From: Candidatus Methanosuratincola verstraetei
Lineage (GTDB): Archaea; Thermoproteota; Methanomethylicia; Methanomethylicales; Methanomethylicaceae
Direction: 5' to 3'
Assembly (NCBI GenBank): GCA_049570475.1
Contig: CP186953.1
Span: 576,001 to 640,000, forward strand
Length of the DNA: 64,000 nucleotides
A program made the translations under genes and the position numbers. This document shows, piece after piece, positions 49,940 to 57,942 of this stretch. Each line of letters opens with the position of its first letter. Positions within the stretch are counted from its first letter, which is position 1. Below the pieces are notes generated by a model that was given only the letters and a program-made list of their open reading frames with translations, ran no database searches and was not told the DNA's origin.

Positions 49940-51856
49940 ATGGTCTTGAAAGACGTCGTATCGCCGAACAAGGGAAAGGCTTTCATGCTCTGCAACGAGG
50001 CGATAGCGAGGGGCGCTATCGAGGCCGACGTCAAGGTGGTCGCATTCTACCCCGGCGCCCCTACCTCCGAGATCCTGGACACATTCTCGGAGGCGCTCGG
50101 GAGCTTCGACTACCATATGCAGATCGCGACCAATGAGAAGGTCGCGCTTGAGATATGCGCGGGGGCATCGTTCGCGGGGTTCAGGAGCCTCACCGCAATG
50201 AAGAGCGTCGGCATGAACGTCGCCTCAGACACGCTCTTCGTCCTGGGGTACACGGGGGTCAGGGGCGGCATGGTGATAGTGATGGCGGACGATCCACACG
50301 CCCACTCCTCCCAGTCTGAGCAGGACGGGAGGTTCTTCGCCCCCAACTCCTACATCCCGATGCTCGAGCCAGCCACCGCCCAAGAGGCGAAGGACATGGT
50401 CAAGGAGGCCTTCTCCATCTCCGAGAGGCACAGGGTCCCAGTGATAGTCAGGACGGTCACGAGGGTGAACCACCAGAGCGGGGTCGTTGAGCTGGAAGAG
50501 ATCAGGAGGAGCGGGTTCAGCAGAGCCAGGTGGAGGGATCTCAAGGAGGAGTACCTCACCCTCGGGGAGGTCGCCAGGAGGAAGAAGCTGAGGATGCTCG
50601 AGAGGAGGGCGAGCCTCGAGGGGGAGTTCGAGAAGTCAGCGTTCAACCACGTCCTGGGCGGGGACGCGGGGGCTGGGACGGGGATCGTGACCTCCTCGGT
50701 CGCCTACCTGCACGTCCTCGAGGCGCTCAAAAACCTCGGGATCTCGGGGAAGGTCCCAGTGCTGAAGCTGGGGACAACTTACCCGGTGCCCAGGAGGCTG
50801 GTCGCGGGATTCCTGAAGGGGCTCGGGGGCGCAGTCGTCGTCGAGGAGCTCTCGCCCTACCTCGAGAACGAGGTTGCGATAATCGCCAAGGACGAGAACC
50901 CAGGTTTGCGCATATTCGGTAAGAGGAGCGGCCACTTCTCGGAGGCATGGGAGCTCAACCCGGACCTCGTAGCCAAGGGATTGGCTTCGGCGCTGGGAGT
51001 CCCCTACGAGGACAAGTCTGGGATCGTCGAGGAGGCGAGGGCGCTCAAGGAGGGTATGCCGGAGAGGTACCCGACCTTCTGCCCCGGGTGCCCGCACCGG
51101 GGCACATTCGCCGCGCTGAGCCAGGCGCTCAGGGCCCTCAGCGCCAGCGGCAAGGGATACTACTTCGCGAACGACATCGGGTGCTACTCGATGTGGGTTT
51201 TCCCGCCCATCTCGAATGCGGACAGCTCGCTATGCATGGGGGCGTCCGTCGGAATAGCAAACGGGCTTAGCAACGTCGTCGAGGAGCGGGTTGTGGCGGT
51301 TGTCGGCGACTCGACATTCTACCACGCCGCGCTGCCCGCGATCCTCAACGCGATACACAACAGGAACAGGTTCACGCTGCTGGTGCTGGACAACTCGGTC
51401 ACAGCCATGACAGGTCAGCAGCCGAACCTCTCCACGGAGTTCACGGCAGGGTGGAGGGAGGGGAAGAGGGTCCCCATCGAGGACATCTGCAGGGCTGCCG
51501 GTGCCGAGTTCGTCGAGGTGATAGACGCCTACCAGGTGAAGGAGAACGTCCCGGTGATCAGGAGGGCGCTCGAGCACGACGGGCTTGCCATAGTGGTCTC
51601 GAGGAGGGAGTGCGCGCTCTACGGGGACAGGAGGAAGAGGAGGAGAGGGGAGAAGATAACCCCGTTCTACGTCGACAAGTCGGCATGCAGGAGGCCCTAC
51701 GCGTGCATACGGGACGTCTATTGCCCAGCGCACGAGATCGACGGGGACGGGCAGCCGAGGATCTCGCCCGAGCTCTGCGACGGGTGCTCGGTCTGCTCGA
51801 GGGTGTGCGCTTTCGGGTCTATAAGGAGGGCGGAGACGGAGGGCGAGAGGAGATGA
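49940..51856 (+). CDS. iorA: Indolepyruvate:ferredoxin oxidoreductase alpha subunit
   Basis: NEAIARG, YPGAPTSE, NEKVA, CPGCPH, DIGC, GDSTF...LDN, C-terminal ferredoxin. Confidence 0.95.
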   Translation: MVLKDVVSPNKGKAFMLCNEAIARGAIEADVKVVAFYPGAPTSEILDTFSEALGSFDYHMQIATNEKVALEICAGASFAGFRSLTAMKSVGMNVASDTLFVLGYTGVRGGMVIVMADDPHAHSSQSEQDGRFFAPNSYIPMLEPATAQEAKDMVKEAFSISERHRVPVIVRTVTRVNHQSGVVELEEIRRSGFSRARWRDLKEEYLTLGEVARRKKLRMLERRASLEGEFEKSAFNHVLGGDAGAGTGIVTSSVAYLHVLEALKNLGISGKVPVLKLGTTYPVPRRLVAGFLKGLGGAVVVEELSPYLENEVAIIAKDENPGLRIFGKRSGHFSEAWELNPDLVAKGLASALGVPYEDKSGIVEEARALKEGMPERYPTFCPGCPHRGTFAALSQALRALSASGKGYYFANDIGCYSMWVFPPISNADSSLCMGASVGIANGLSNVVEERVVAVVGDSTFYHAALPAILNAIHNRNRFTLLVLDNSVTAMTGQQPNLSTEFTAGWREGKRVPIEDICRAAGAEFVEVIDAYQVKENVPVIRRALEHDGLAIVVSRRECALYGDRRKRRRGEKITPFYVDKSACRRPYACIRDVYCPAHEIDGDGQPRISPELCDGCSVCSRVCAFGSIRRAETEGERR

Positions 51857-52494
51857 GCTTCGACATATTCATCTGCGGAGTGGGCGGGCAGGGGCTCGTG
51901 CTGCTCACCAACGCCCTGGGGAGGGCGTGCCTGAAGTCCGGGCTGAAGGCGGTGACCGGGGAGATGTACGGGCTGTCGCAGAGGAGCGGGACGGTCTCGG
52001 TCCACATGAGGATAGGCGAGGACGCACACTCGCCCCTGATATCGATCGGCGGGGCGGACGCCCTGGTAGCTCTCGAGGCGATAGAGGCCCTCAGGTACAT
52101 CGAGTACCTGAAGAAGGGCGGGCTGGCGCTCATCAACAGCAGGATAATGCACCCGCCGGTGGAGACCGCGGGGCTTGTGAAGGACAGGACAAAGAAGTAC
52201 TTCACGCTCGAGGAGGCGGTCTCAAGGGTCAAGAGGTGGACTTCGAGGGTCGCTGTAATCAACGCGCTCGCGACGGCGAAGGAGAGCGGCAACCCGAACG
52301 CCGAGAACACGGTCTTCCTCGGATGCCTTTCGGCACTGAGGGAGCTCCCCCTTGACCCGGAGAAGGTGAAGGAGGCGATAGCCGAGGTCGTCCCGAGGGG
52401 GACGGTAGATCAGAACCTTAAGGCGTTCGAGATCGGGATGCGGATGGCTTCCGAGGCACTATGCGACTTCGGCGTGTGCAGAAACTTGCGGTGA
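51853..52494 (+). CDS. iorB: Indolepyruvate:ferredoxin oxidoreductase beta subunit
   Basis: GVGGQG, GLSQRSG, EALR, NLKAF; ATGA overlap with iorA. Confidence 0.94.
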   Translation: MSFDIFICGVGGQGLVLLTNALGRACLKSGLKAVTGEMYGLSQRSGTVSVHMRIGEDAHSPLISIGGADALVALEAIEALRYIEYLKKGGLALINSRIMHPPVETAGLVKDRTKKYFTLEEAVSRVKRWTSRVAVINALATAKESGNPNAENTVFLGCLSALRELPLDPEKVKEAIAEVVPRGTVDQNLKAFEIGMRMASEALCDFGVCRNLR

Positions 52495-52590
52495 ATAATG
52501 TGACGGATAGGCGCCCTAATACCCTCCTTCAGCGGAGGGAGATCGGATTCTGCACAGGCACGCAGCGCGAGGAGGGGGCTGCGGAGGCGC

Positions 52591-53010
52591 TCAGCCCTTT
52601 TTTGGGTCTATCGCGTAGACCTCGATGACGCAGTGGTCTGGATCCTCGAAGGATGCGGCGTAGTACCCTTCTACGAACTCCGGGTGCGCCTCGGGGGGGA
52701 AGAGGGGCTCGAAGCCGTTCTTCTCCATCTCGGATGAGACCCGGTCCACCGACCCGCGACCCTCGACCAGGAACGCGACGTGATCAGAGACGACCTCCTC
52801 GTCCCCGGACGGCGGCAGGCGCGAGACCCTGCGCGGGGTGGACCTGGCGATCCATATCTGTGTCGAGCCGTCCGAATACCCTGCGTGCTCCCCGGACTCC
52901 CCGACCAGCCTGAATCCGAGGGACCCGAGTAGCGCGTCATAGAACTTCCTCGAGGCTGCCACGTCGGATACCTCTATCCCTATGTGGCCTATCCTTGCTG
53001 TAATTGCCAT
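52591..53010 (-). CDS. VOC/glyoxalase-family protein
   Basis: HIGIEVSD...FY, HVAF, YYAASFEDPD..IE. Confidence 0.88.
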   Translation of the reverse strand: MAITARIGHIGIEVSDVAASRKFYDALLGSLGFRLVGESGEHAGYSDGSTQIWIARSTPRRVSRLPPSGDEEVVSDHVAFLVEGRGSVDRVSSEMEKNGFEPLFPPEAHPEFVEGYYAASFEDPDHCVIEVYAIDPKKG

Positions 53011-53137
53011 CACCGCGATATACTGCGCGGGTCGCCTCTTAAGGGTTGGGCTGGGGCTTTTCAGCTCGAGACGGTATTGGAGAAGCAGGCGAAAGTAGGA
53101 AAAGCAGGTGGCGGCATAATCTACCCCGGTGGTTTTG

Positions 53138-53440
53138 ATGCCTGGGGATCCGCATGAGGCGATGAGGAAGATCGACCAGAGGCTTTTTGAGCAGGTCGAG
53201 GGAACCAGGAGGTTCGCGTTCTCCGAGGGCGCAATCCCGGTCAAGTACAAGCTGCTGATCGCGATGGCGATCGACGCCTCGCACGGGGCCAGCGGCGGGG
53301 TGAGGGCGCTCGCGGAGGCGGCGATGAGGGCGGGCGCGACAAGGGAGGAGATAGGCGAGGCGCTGAGGGTCGCGTTCTACATAAGCGGGTGCGGGAGCTT
53401 CTACACGGCTGCAGAGGGCCTCGGCGACCTGCTAAGGTGA
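53138..53440 (+). CDS. Carboxymuconolactone decarboxylase/AhpD-like protein (no CxxC)
   Basis: IPVKYKLLIAMA...AGATREEI.E. Confidence 0.85.
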   Translation: MPGDPHEAMRKIDQRLFEQVEGTRRFAFSEGAIPVKYKLLIAMAIDASHGASGGVRALAEAAMRAGATREEIGEALRVAFYISGCGSFYTAAEGLGDLLR

Positions 53441-53725
53441 AGCAGGGTCTTAAGCACCTCCTTGTTTTTTTAAAAAAAGAGCGACAGGTAGAAGGGCAGC
53501 GGGATCCGGGAGCAGAACCGGCAGCAATGCAATAAAACCAGGGATCTTAGCCGCGCTGTTTTCCGCGGGAGGCGAGGGGGTGAAGAGACGATCCTGCCGA
53601 CTCAAAGGAACCGTGAGAGGAAGATTTGATGCTGAAAAACCGATAGGGAGAAGCCGCCATCCCGACCGCCCAGAGGGCATTCCCCCAACCTGCAAGAACA
53701 GCCATGAATACAGGAGAAGAAGGGA

Positions 53726-54163
53726 CTATTCCGCAAGAGGATCAACAATGGCTATCTTCCAATCGTGCCACTTCACCTCGGTCAATGAAAGCAAGTCGCG
53801 ATCCCTCGTGAGCAGCACCGGTATCTTGTTCAGCAGGAAGCTGGCCAAGATAAGGGCGTCCCTCCCGCCGATCCCGTAATCCACTGCTATTTTTAGGGCT
53901 GCCTCGGACACGCGCCTGGTCTGGTTCACGAACTCGACATATGGGTGCCTGAGTACCAGAAGGAGGCGCCGCCTCGCCTCGCTGCGCACCAGCTTCTGCC
54001 CGAACACGAGTGCGTGGTAGGATTCGTGGACGACCGTCGGGTTCACGGCAACCCTGTTCCCGGGGCCCAGATCGAGGAGGATCCCCTTGAGCCGTTCATG
54101 CTCAGGATAAGCAGGGTCGAGGCAATTGCAGAGGACGTTGGAATCCATCCCGGAGAGCGTCAC
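53726..54163 (-). CDS. PIN-domain toxin (VapC-like)
   Basis: DSNVL, VVHE, RDALI, TRDRD acidic tetrad; GTGA overlap with the antitoxin. Confidence 0.88.
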   Translation of the reverse strand: MTLSGMDSNVLCNCLDPAYPEHERLKGILLDLGPGNRVAVNPTVVHESYHALVFGQKLVRSEARRRLLLVLRHPYVEFVNQTRRVSEAALKIAVDYGIGGRDALILASFLLNKIPVLLTRDRDLLSLTEVKWHDWKIAIVDPLAE

Positions 54164-54399
54164 TTCCAGACCTCCTTCATCCGGCCTGGGGACCAGTTCT
54201 CCGGCTTACCGGTCCGTGGGGGATTCGAGAGGAGGGTTGACCTGAACCCCTCAAAGAAGTCCTTGCTTTTACTCTCGGGGGAGACCAGAATCCCGTCCGG
54301 GGTCCTCCTTAGGGCCACAACCTCCCCGAGCCCCTCCCTCATCTCGGGCGGTATGCGTATCCTCCCCTTCGAGTCTACCTTTACCCTAGCCTCCTCCAT
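54160..54399 (-). CDS. AbrB/MazE-fold antitoxin
   Basis: KVDSKGRIRIPPEMR. Confidence 0.88.
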   Translation of the reverse strand: MEEARVKVDSKGRIRIPPEMREGLGEVVALRRTPDGILVSPESKSKDFFEGFRSTLLSNPPRTGKPENWSPGRMKEVWK

Positions 54400-54406
54400 T
54401 TCAAAA

Positions 54407-54427
54407 TCCCACATATATTGTGTGGGA
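54407..54427. promoter_or_regulatory. Inverted repeat TCCCACA-N7-TGTGGGA, candidate TA autoregulatory operator
   Basis: Perfect 7-bp arms 7 nt upstream of the antitoxin ATG. Confidence 0.65.
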
Positions 54428-54641
54428 AAAGGAAAAAAAAGGCTTTCGGGCAGCGGCCGACCATGCGCACAGCCCTATGGTGAGAGATCACGACCCCGAT
54501 GGAGCATGGCAGCGAACCGTACAATTGTGCGCGAGCGAAGTCATTAGCTTTGAGCGATGGATCAAAAAAAGGCGGCGCGATCGCAAATTTGGCGTTCCGA
54601 CCTGAAGCGCGATATGGAAAAAAAGGGCGGAAGGCCCTCAC

Positions 54642-56180
54642 TCACTTCCGCTTCTTGAGCAAGAAGAAGAGGGCTGCGACCACCGCTGCTGCAACCACCA
54701 CGCCGGCGGCTGCGAACAGCATGGTGTTGTCACCGCCCGCAGGCTGGGCTTCTTGGACGCTTATCGACATGACCGAGGATGAGGCAGGGTTGTAGGCATC
54801 ATTGCCAGCGAGCTGGACCTGGATGGACCACGTGCCTGCCTTGTCCACAGTCACGTTCGCGCTGAAGGTCGAAGCGGTCGCGTTGACCGGTATCGAGGTC
54901 ACCTGACCGGACGGGCTTGTGACCCTTATGGTGATCTGCGCAGGGGATACGAACGGGGAGATCGAGCCGGTGATCGGGATAACCACCTGGCCCGCGCCGA
55001 GCGTCACCGAGGTCTTCGAAGCGGATATTGTGATTACCGGGGTAGCCTTTTGCGGGGAGGTCGCCGTCACCGTTACGTTGGGCGATCTCGCAGGGTTGTA
55101 GGCGTCGTTGCCCGCCCAGTAGGCGTAGAACGAATACGTGCCGGCCTGGGTGAGGTTGAAGCCTCTGGAGAAGGCACCCCCGACAAGCGTCTCATTCGAG
55201 AGCAGGGTTGCAGCCGAGCCGTTTATCGACAGGTAGATCGAGACGGTGCCGGGCTGCGCGGGAGCCAATGACCCGCTGAGCGTGATGGCGGTGCCGACGT
55301 TTACAGAGCTTGCGGATGGCTGCAAAGAGAGGGATGCATTCTGCTTGGCAAGCTCGTCCAGGAACGTGTTGTTGGAGATGGTGTTGTTGGTCGAGAGCGA
55401 ATCGACGCTGATTGATTTCGGGCCCTTCACAATGGTGTTGCCGGTGACAGTGTTGCTGCTGGAGAAGAAGAGGGAGATCCCCTGGGTGGTGTTGATGAGG
55501 AGGTTGTTCTTGACTGCGTTGTTGTTTGAGATGGAAAGGGTGATGCCTTCGTCAGTGTCGGTCAACTTGTTGTTTGAGACGGTGTTGCCGCTTGATGAGA
55601 AAAGGTGTATGCCCTGCGAGCTGTTGGTCAAGACGTTGTTAGAGACGTTGTTTGCGTCGCTCATTGAGAGGAAGGCGCCGATGACATTGTCGGTAAGCGT
55701 GTTGCCGGAGATCGTGTTGTTCGATGAGGACTCGGCGCGGACGCCGTAAGAGCTGTCGGAGATGGAGTTGTTCAAGACAGAAATCTTCGTGGACGAATAA
55801 ATCACGACGCCGTCGAGGCACCTCGAGATGGTGTTGTTCTCCACCCTGCCATTGGTGGCGTTTTGAAGCATTATCCCGGCGTATAGCCAGGTGCCCTGTA
55901 TGTTGCAGTTCCTAACTATGAAGTGGGCATTTGTGTTCGATATGGTGATGCCCGGAGTGAGGTTTGCGGCTATTGAATAACCCTCGATGACGTAAGGATC
56001 GCTGGCAGTCCCGCTGCCAGACACAACTCCGTTGGCTGAGGTGAAGGCAGAGTTGCCCACGATCTCGATTGGTGCTCGGTACTGCAAGGATGCCGGGGCA
56101 GCGGAGGCGCCAGACGGAAGCTGGAAGGCGAAAAGGAGCGCAAGTGTTAGGCACAAATAGAACTTTTTACAATTTAAAAT
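54642..56180 (-). CDS. Cell-surface parallel beta-helix (NosD/CASH) protein with two Ig-like domains and C-terminal TM anchor
   Basis: Signal peptide, GSGT.SDPYVIEG, repeated GI.L..S.NN.V.NN, two GNDAYNPA units, TM plus KKRK. Confidence 0.87.
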   Translation of the reverse strand: MLNCKKFYLCLTLALLFAFQLPSGASAAPASLQYRAPIEIVGNSAFTSANGVVSGSGTASDPYVIEGYSIAANLTPGITISNTNAHFIVRNCNIQGTWLYAGIMLQNATNGRVENNTISRCLDGVVIYSSTKISVLNNSISDSSYGVRAESSSNNTISGNTLTDNVIGAFLSMSDANNVSNNVLTNSSQGIHLFSSSGNTVSNNKLTDTDEGITLSISNNNAVKNNLLINTTQGISLFFSSSNTVTGNTIVKGPKSISVDSLSTNNTISNNTFLDELAKQNASLSLQPSASSVNVGTAITLSGSLAPAQPGTVSIYLSINGSAATLLSNETLVGGAFSRGFNLTQAGTYSFYAYWAGNDAYNPARSPNVTVTATSPQKATPVITISASKTSVTLGAGQVVIPITGSISPFVSPAQITIRVTSPSGQVTSIPVNATASTFSANVTVDKAGTWSIQVQLAGNDAYNPASSSVMSISVQEAQPAGGDNTMLFAAAGVVVAAAVVAALFFLLKKRK

Positions 56181-56685
56181 TGGAAACACCTCTGAGTGAT
56201 TTGGTCAAGAATGCTTTTTGTATTTATAGATTCCTGAAAAATGGATTTCCAGTCAAAATTTCGCGCGGATTGACCAAAGATCAATTTGTGGTAAAGAATC
56301 CAATGTGCAAACTCGAAGTTTGTTTTAGCAGGCGATTAAGAGCGGACTCTCCCCAAAGGCACAATCAAAGGTCCAAGAAGTAGCAGATGAGCGCACCAAA
56401 GCCGTACAAGACTGAAGGCTTCCGGCTGCCCAAAGATGAATCCATGGGCTTGAAGCTGAGGGGCGGTTTGATTCCATCTTTTCACACCCTTCATCCAAGG
56501 CGTGCCTGCCTACGGAGGGACCCCCAAGAACCTGGATCCGGTGATCCCGAAAGGGAGCGGCATCGCCGATTTCCATGAAGACCCGCCAGAATAAGGCAGC
56601 TCGCCATTTGCCAAAGATTTTCTGGGTGCCACGCCAGCTTGGGGAAAGGGCGGTCGAAGGACCATTCACACTGCCCAGCCCCAAA

Positions 56686-57675
56686 TCAAGTGCTACCTTC
56701 CCTCACCCTGAGGATCCCCTGGACGGCGGAGTCCAGCCTCGCCCTCTGATCAGCGGTCAGCTTCCCGATCCACCTCGTTGGGATGGATCCGTACCCCCAG
56801 TGCACCCCCGCCAGCCCCCCGGTTATCGCGCCGATTGTGTCAGCGTCGCCGCCGAGGTTGACTGCAGCAACCACTGCATCCTCGAAAGACTTGTGCTCAG
56901 TGAGCGCCCACAATGCGCAGATCAGGCTGTTCACTGCGTAGCCGGTCGGGTTCAGCGCGGAGACACTGATCGGGAGGCGTATCTCTGGCACGGAACGCCA
57001 GGCAGGCTCGAACTCCCTGAAGCCCTCAAGGCTTGACATCAGATCCTTCGCGCGCTGGAAGGCTGCGCCCAAGCCCAAGCCTATGCCCATGCTCTTCTCC
57101 CTCGTGCCCTCGAGAAGCTCCCTCGCGAAGAGGCAGTAGAGCGCGCAGGAGAGCCCCGCGATCGGGTCCCAGTGCGTCATCCTGGCTATCTCCACCGCCC
57201 TCCTGAAGACCGTCCTCGGGTCCGCGTAGGCGAGCGAGACGGGGAGCGTCCGCATCAGCGCCCCGTTCCCTGCGCTCCTTCCACCAAGCATCTCATGAGC
57301 CCTCTCGGCAGCCAGGTGCCATTCCCTATGGCTCAGGCCCCCCTGCTCCCATGCATGGAAAGCCGCCCTGATCGTCGGGCCGATGTCAGGAGGGTTTGTC
57401 GATTTCCACCTGATGAAGGCCGCGCCTATCCGAGGCACCGGATCGTCTGGGGATTCGGCTATCCCTTCGGCGACCGCGAGGGTCATCTCGGTGTCGTCTG
57501 TCCATGAGCCGGGCTTCAGGCTGAGCCACCCGCCGCCGACTATATCACGCAGCTGCCCGTACTTCCTCCCTATCTCGTTCCGGTCCAAATACTCGAGAGT
57601 GGCCCCGAGTGCATCCCCTATCGCCACCCCGTAGATTCCGCCCCTTATTCGCTCTTCGATCCCCCGAGGCCTCAT
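56686..57675 (-). CDS. ADP-ribosylglycohydrolase (DraG/ARH family)
   Basis: GDALG, WTDDTEM, GNGALMR, TH, GGDADT. Confidence 0.93.
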   Translation of the reverse strand: MRPRGIEERIRGGIYGVAIGDALGATLEYLDRNEIGRKYGQLRDIVGGGWLSLKPGSWTDDTEMTLAVAEGIAESPDDPVPRIGAAFIRWKSTNPPDIGPTIRAAFHAWEQGGLSHREWHLAAERAHEMLGGRSAGNGALMRTLPVSLAYADPRTVFRRAVEIARMTHWDPIAGLSCALYCLFARELLEGTREKSMGIGLGLGAAFQRAKDLMSSLEGFREFEPAWRSVPEIRLPISVSALNPTGYAVNSLICALWALTEHKSFEDAVVAAVNLGGDADTIGAITGGLAGVHWGYGSIPTRWIGKLTADQRARLDSAVQGILRVREGST

Positions 57676-57942
57676 GCGAACTCATATAAAATATTGCAGA
57701 AGGCGGATAAGGCTTTTTGGCTCTGGGGGACCGCAAGAACCTCCGTTTCCTCATTGCCAAACAGCTGGGCAGCAGACCGGAAAAGTCGGAACCTTTCTGG
57801 AGAGCTTTTGTCGGCAATGATCAACAACAAGCCGCAGAGCCCAAATTGCTTTGCTGACCGCAATTCTCATTTATCGGAGCTGGTTTTACTCTATGTCCAA
57901 TTTGGAAGATAAAGATGGATCATGCGTCAGGAGTTGTGTCGG

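Noticed and set aside
56190-56685. Possible SRP RNA or other ncRNA (TCCC-GAAA-GGGAGC hairpin at 56545-56558)
   Set aside because: Lacks the helix-8 CAGG 5' strand and long flanking helices; a single GNRA hairpin is expected by chance
39869-57675. Sir2 plus ADP-ribosylglycohydrolase as one system
   Set aside because: About 16 kb apart; Sir2 looks like an ordinary housekeeping deacylase
57672-57863. 63-aa ORF overlapping the ARH start by ATGA
   Set aside because: Covers the AT-rich likely promoter of the ARH gene, has no SD or motif, and is probably spurious
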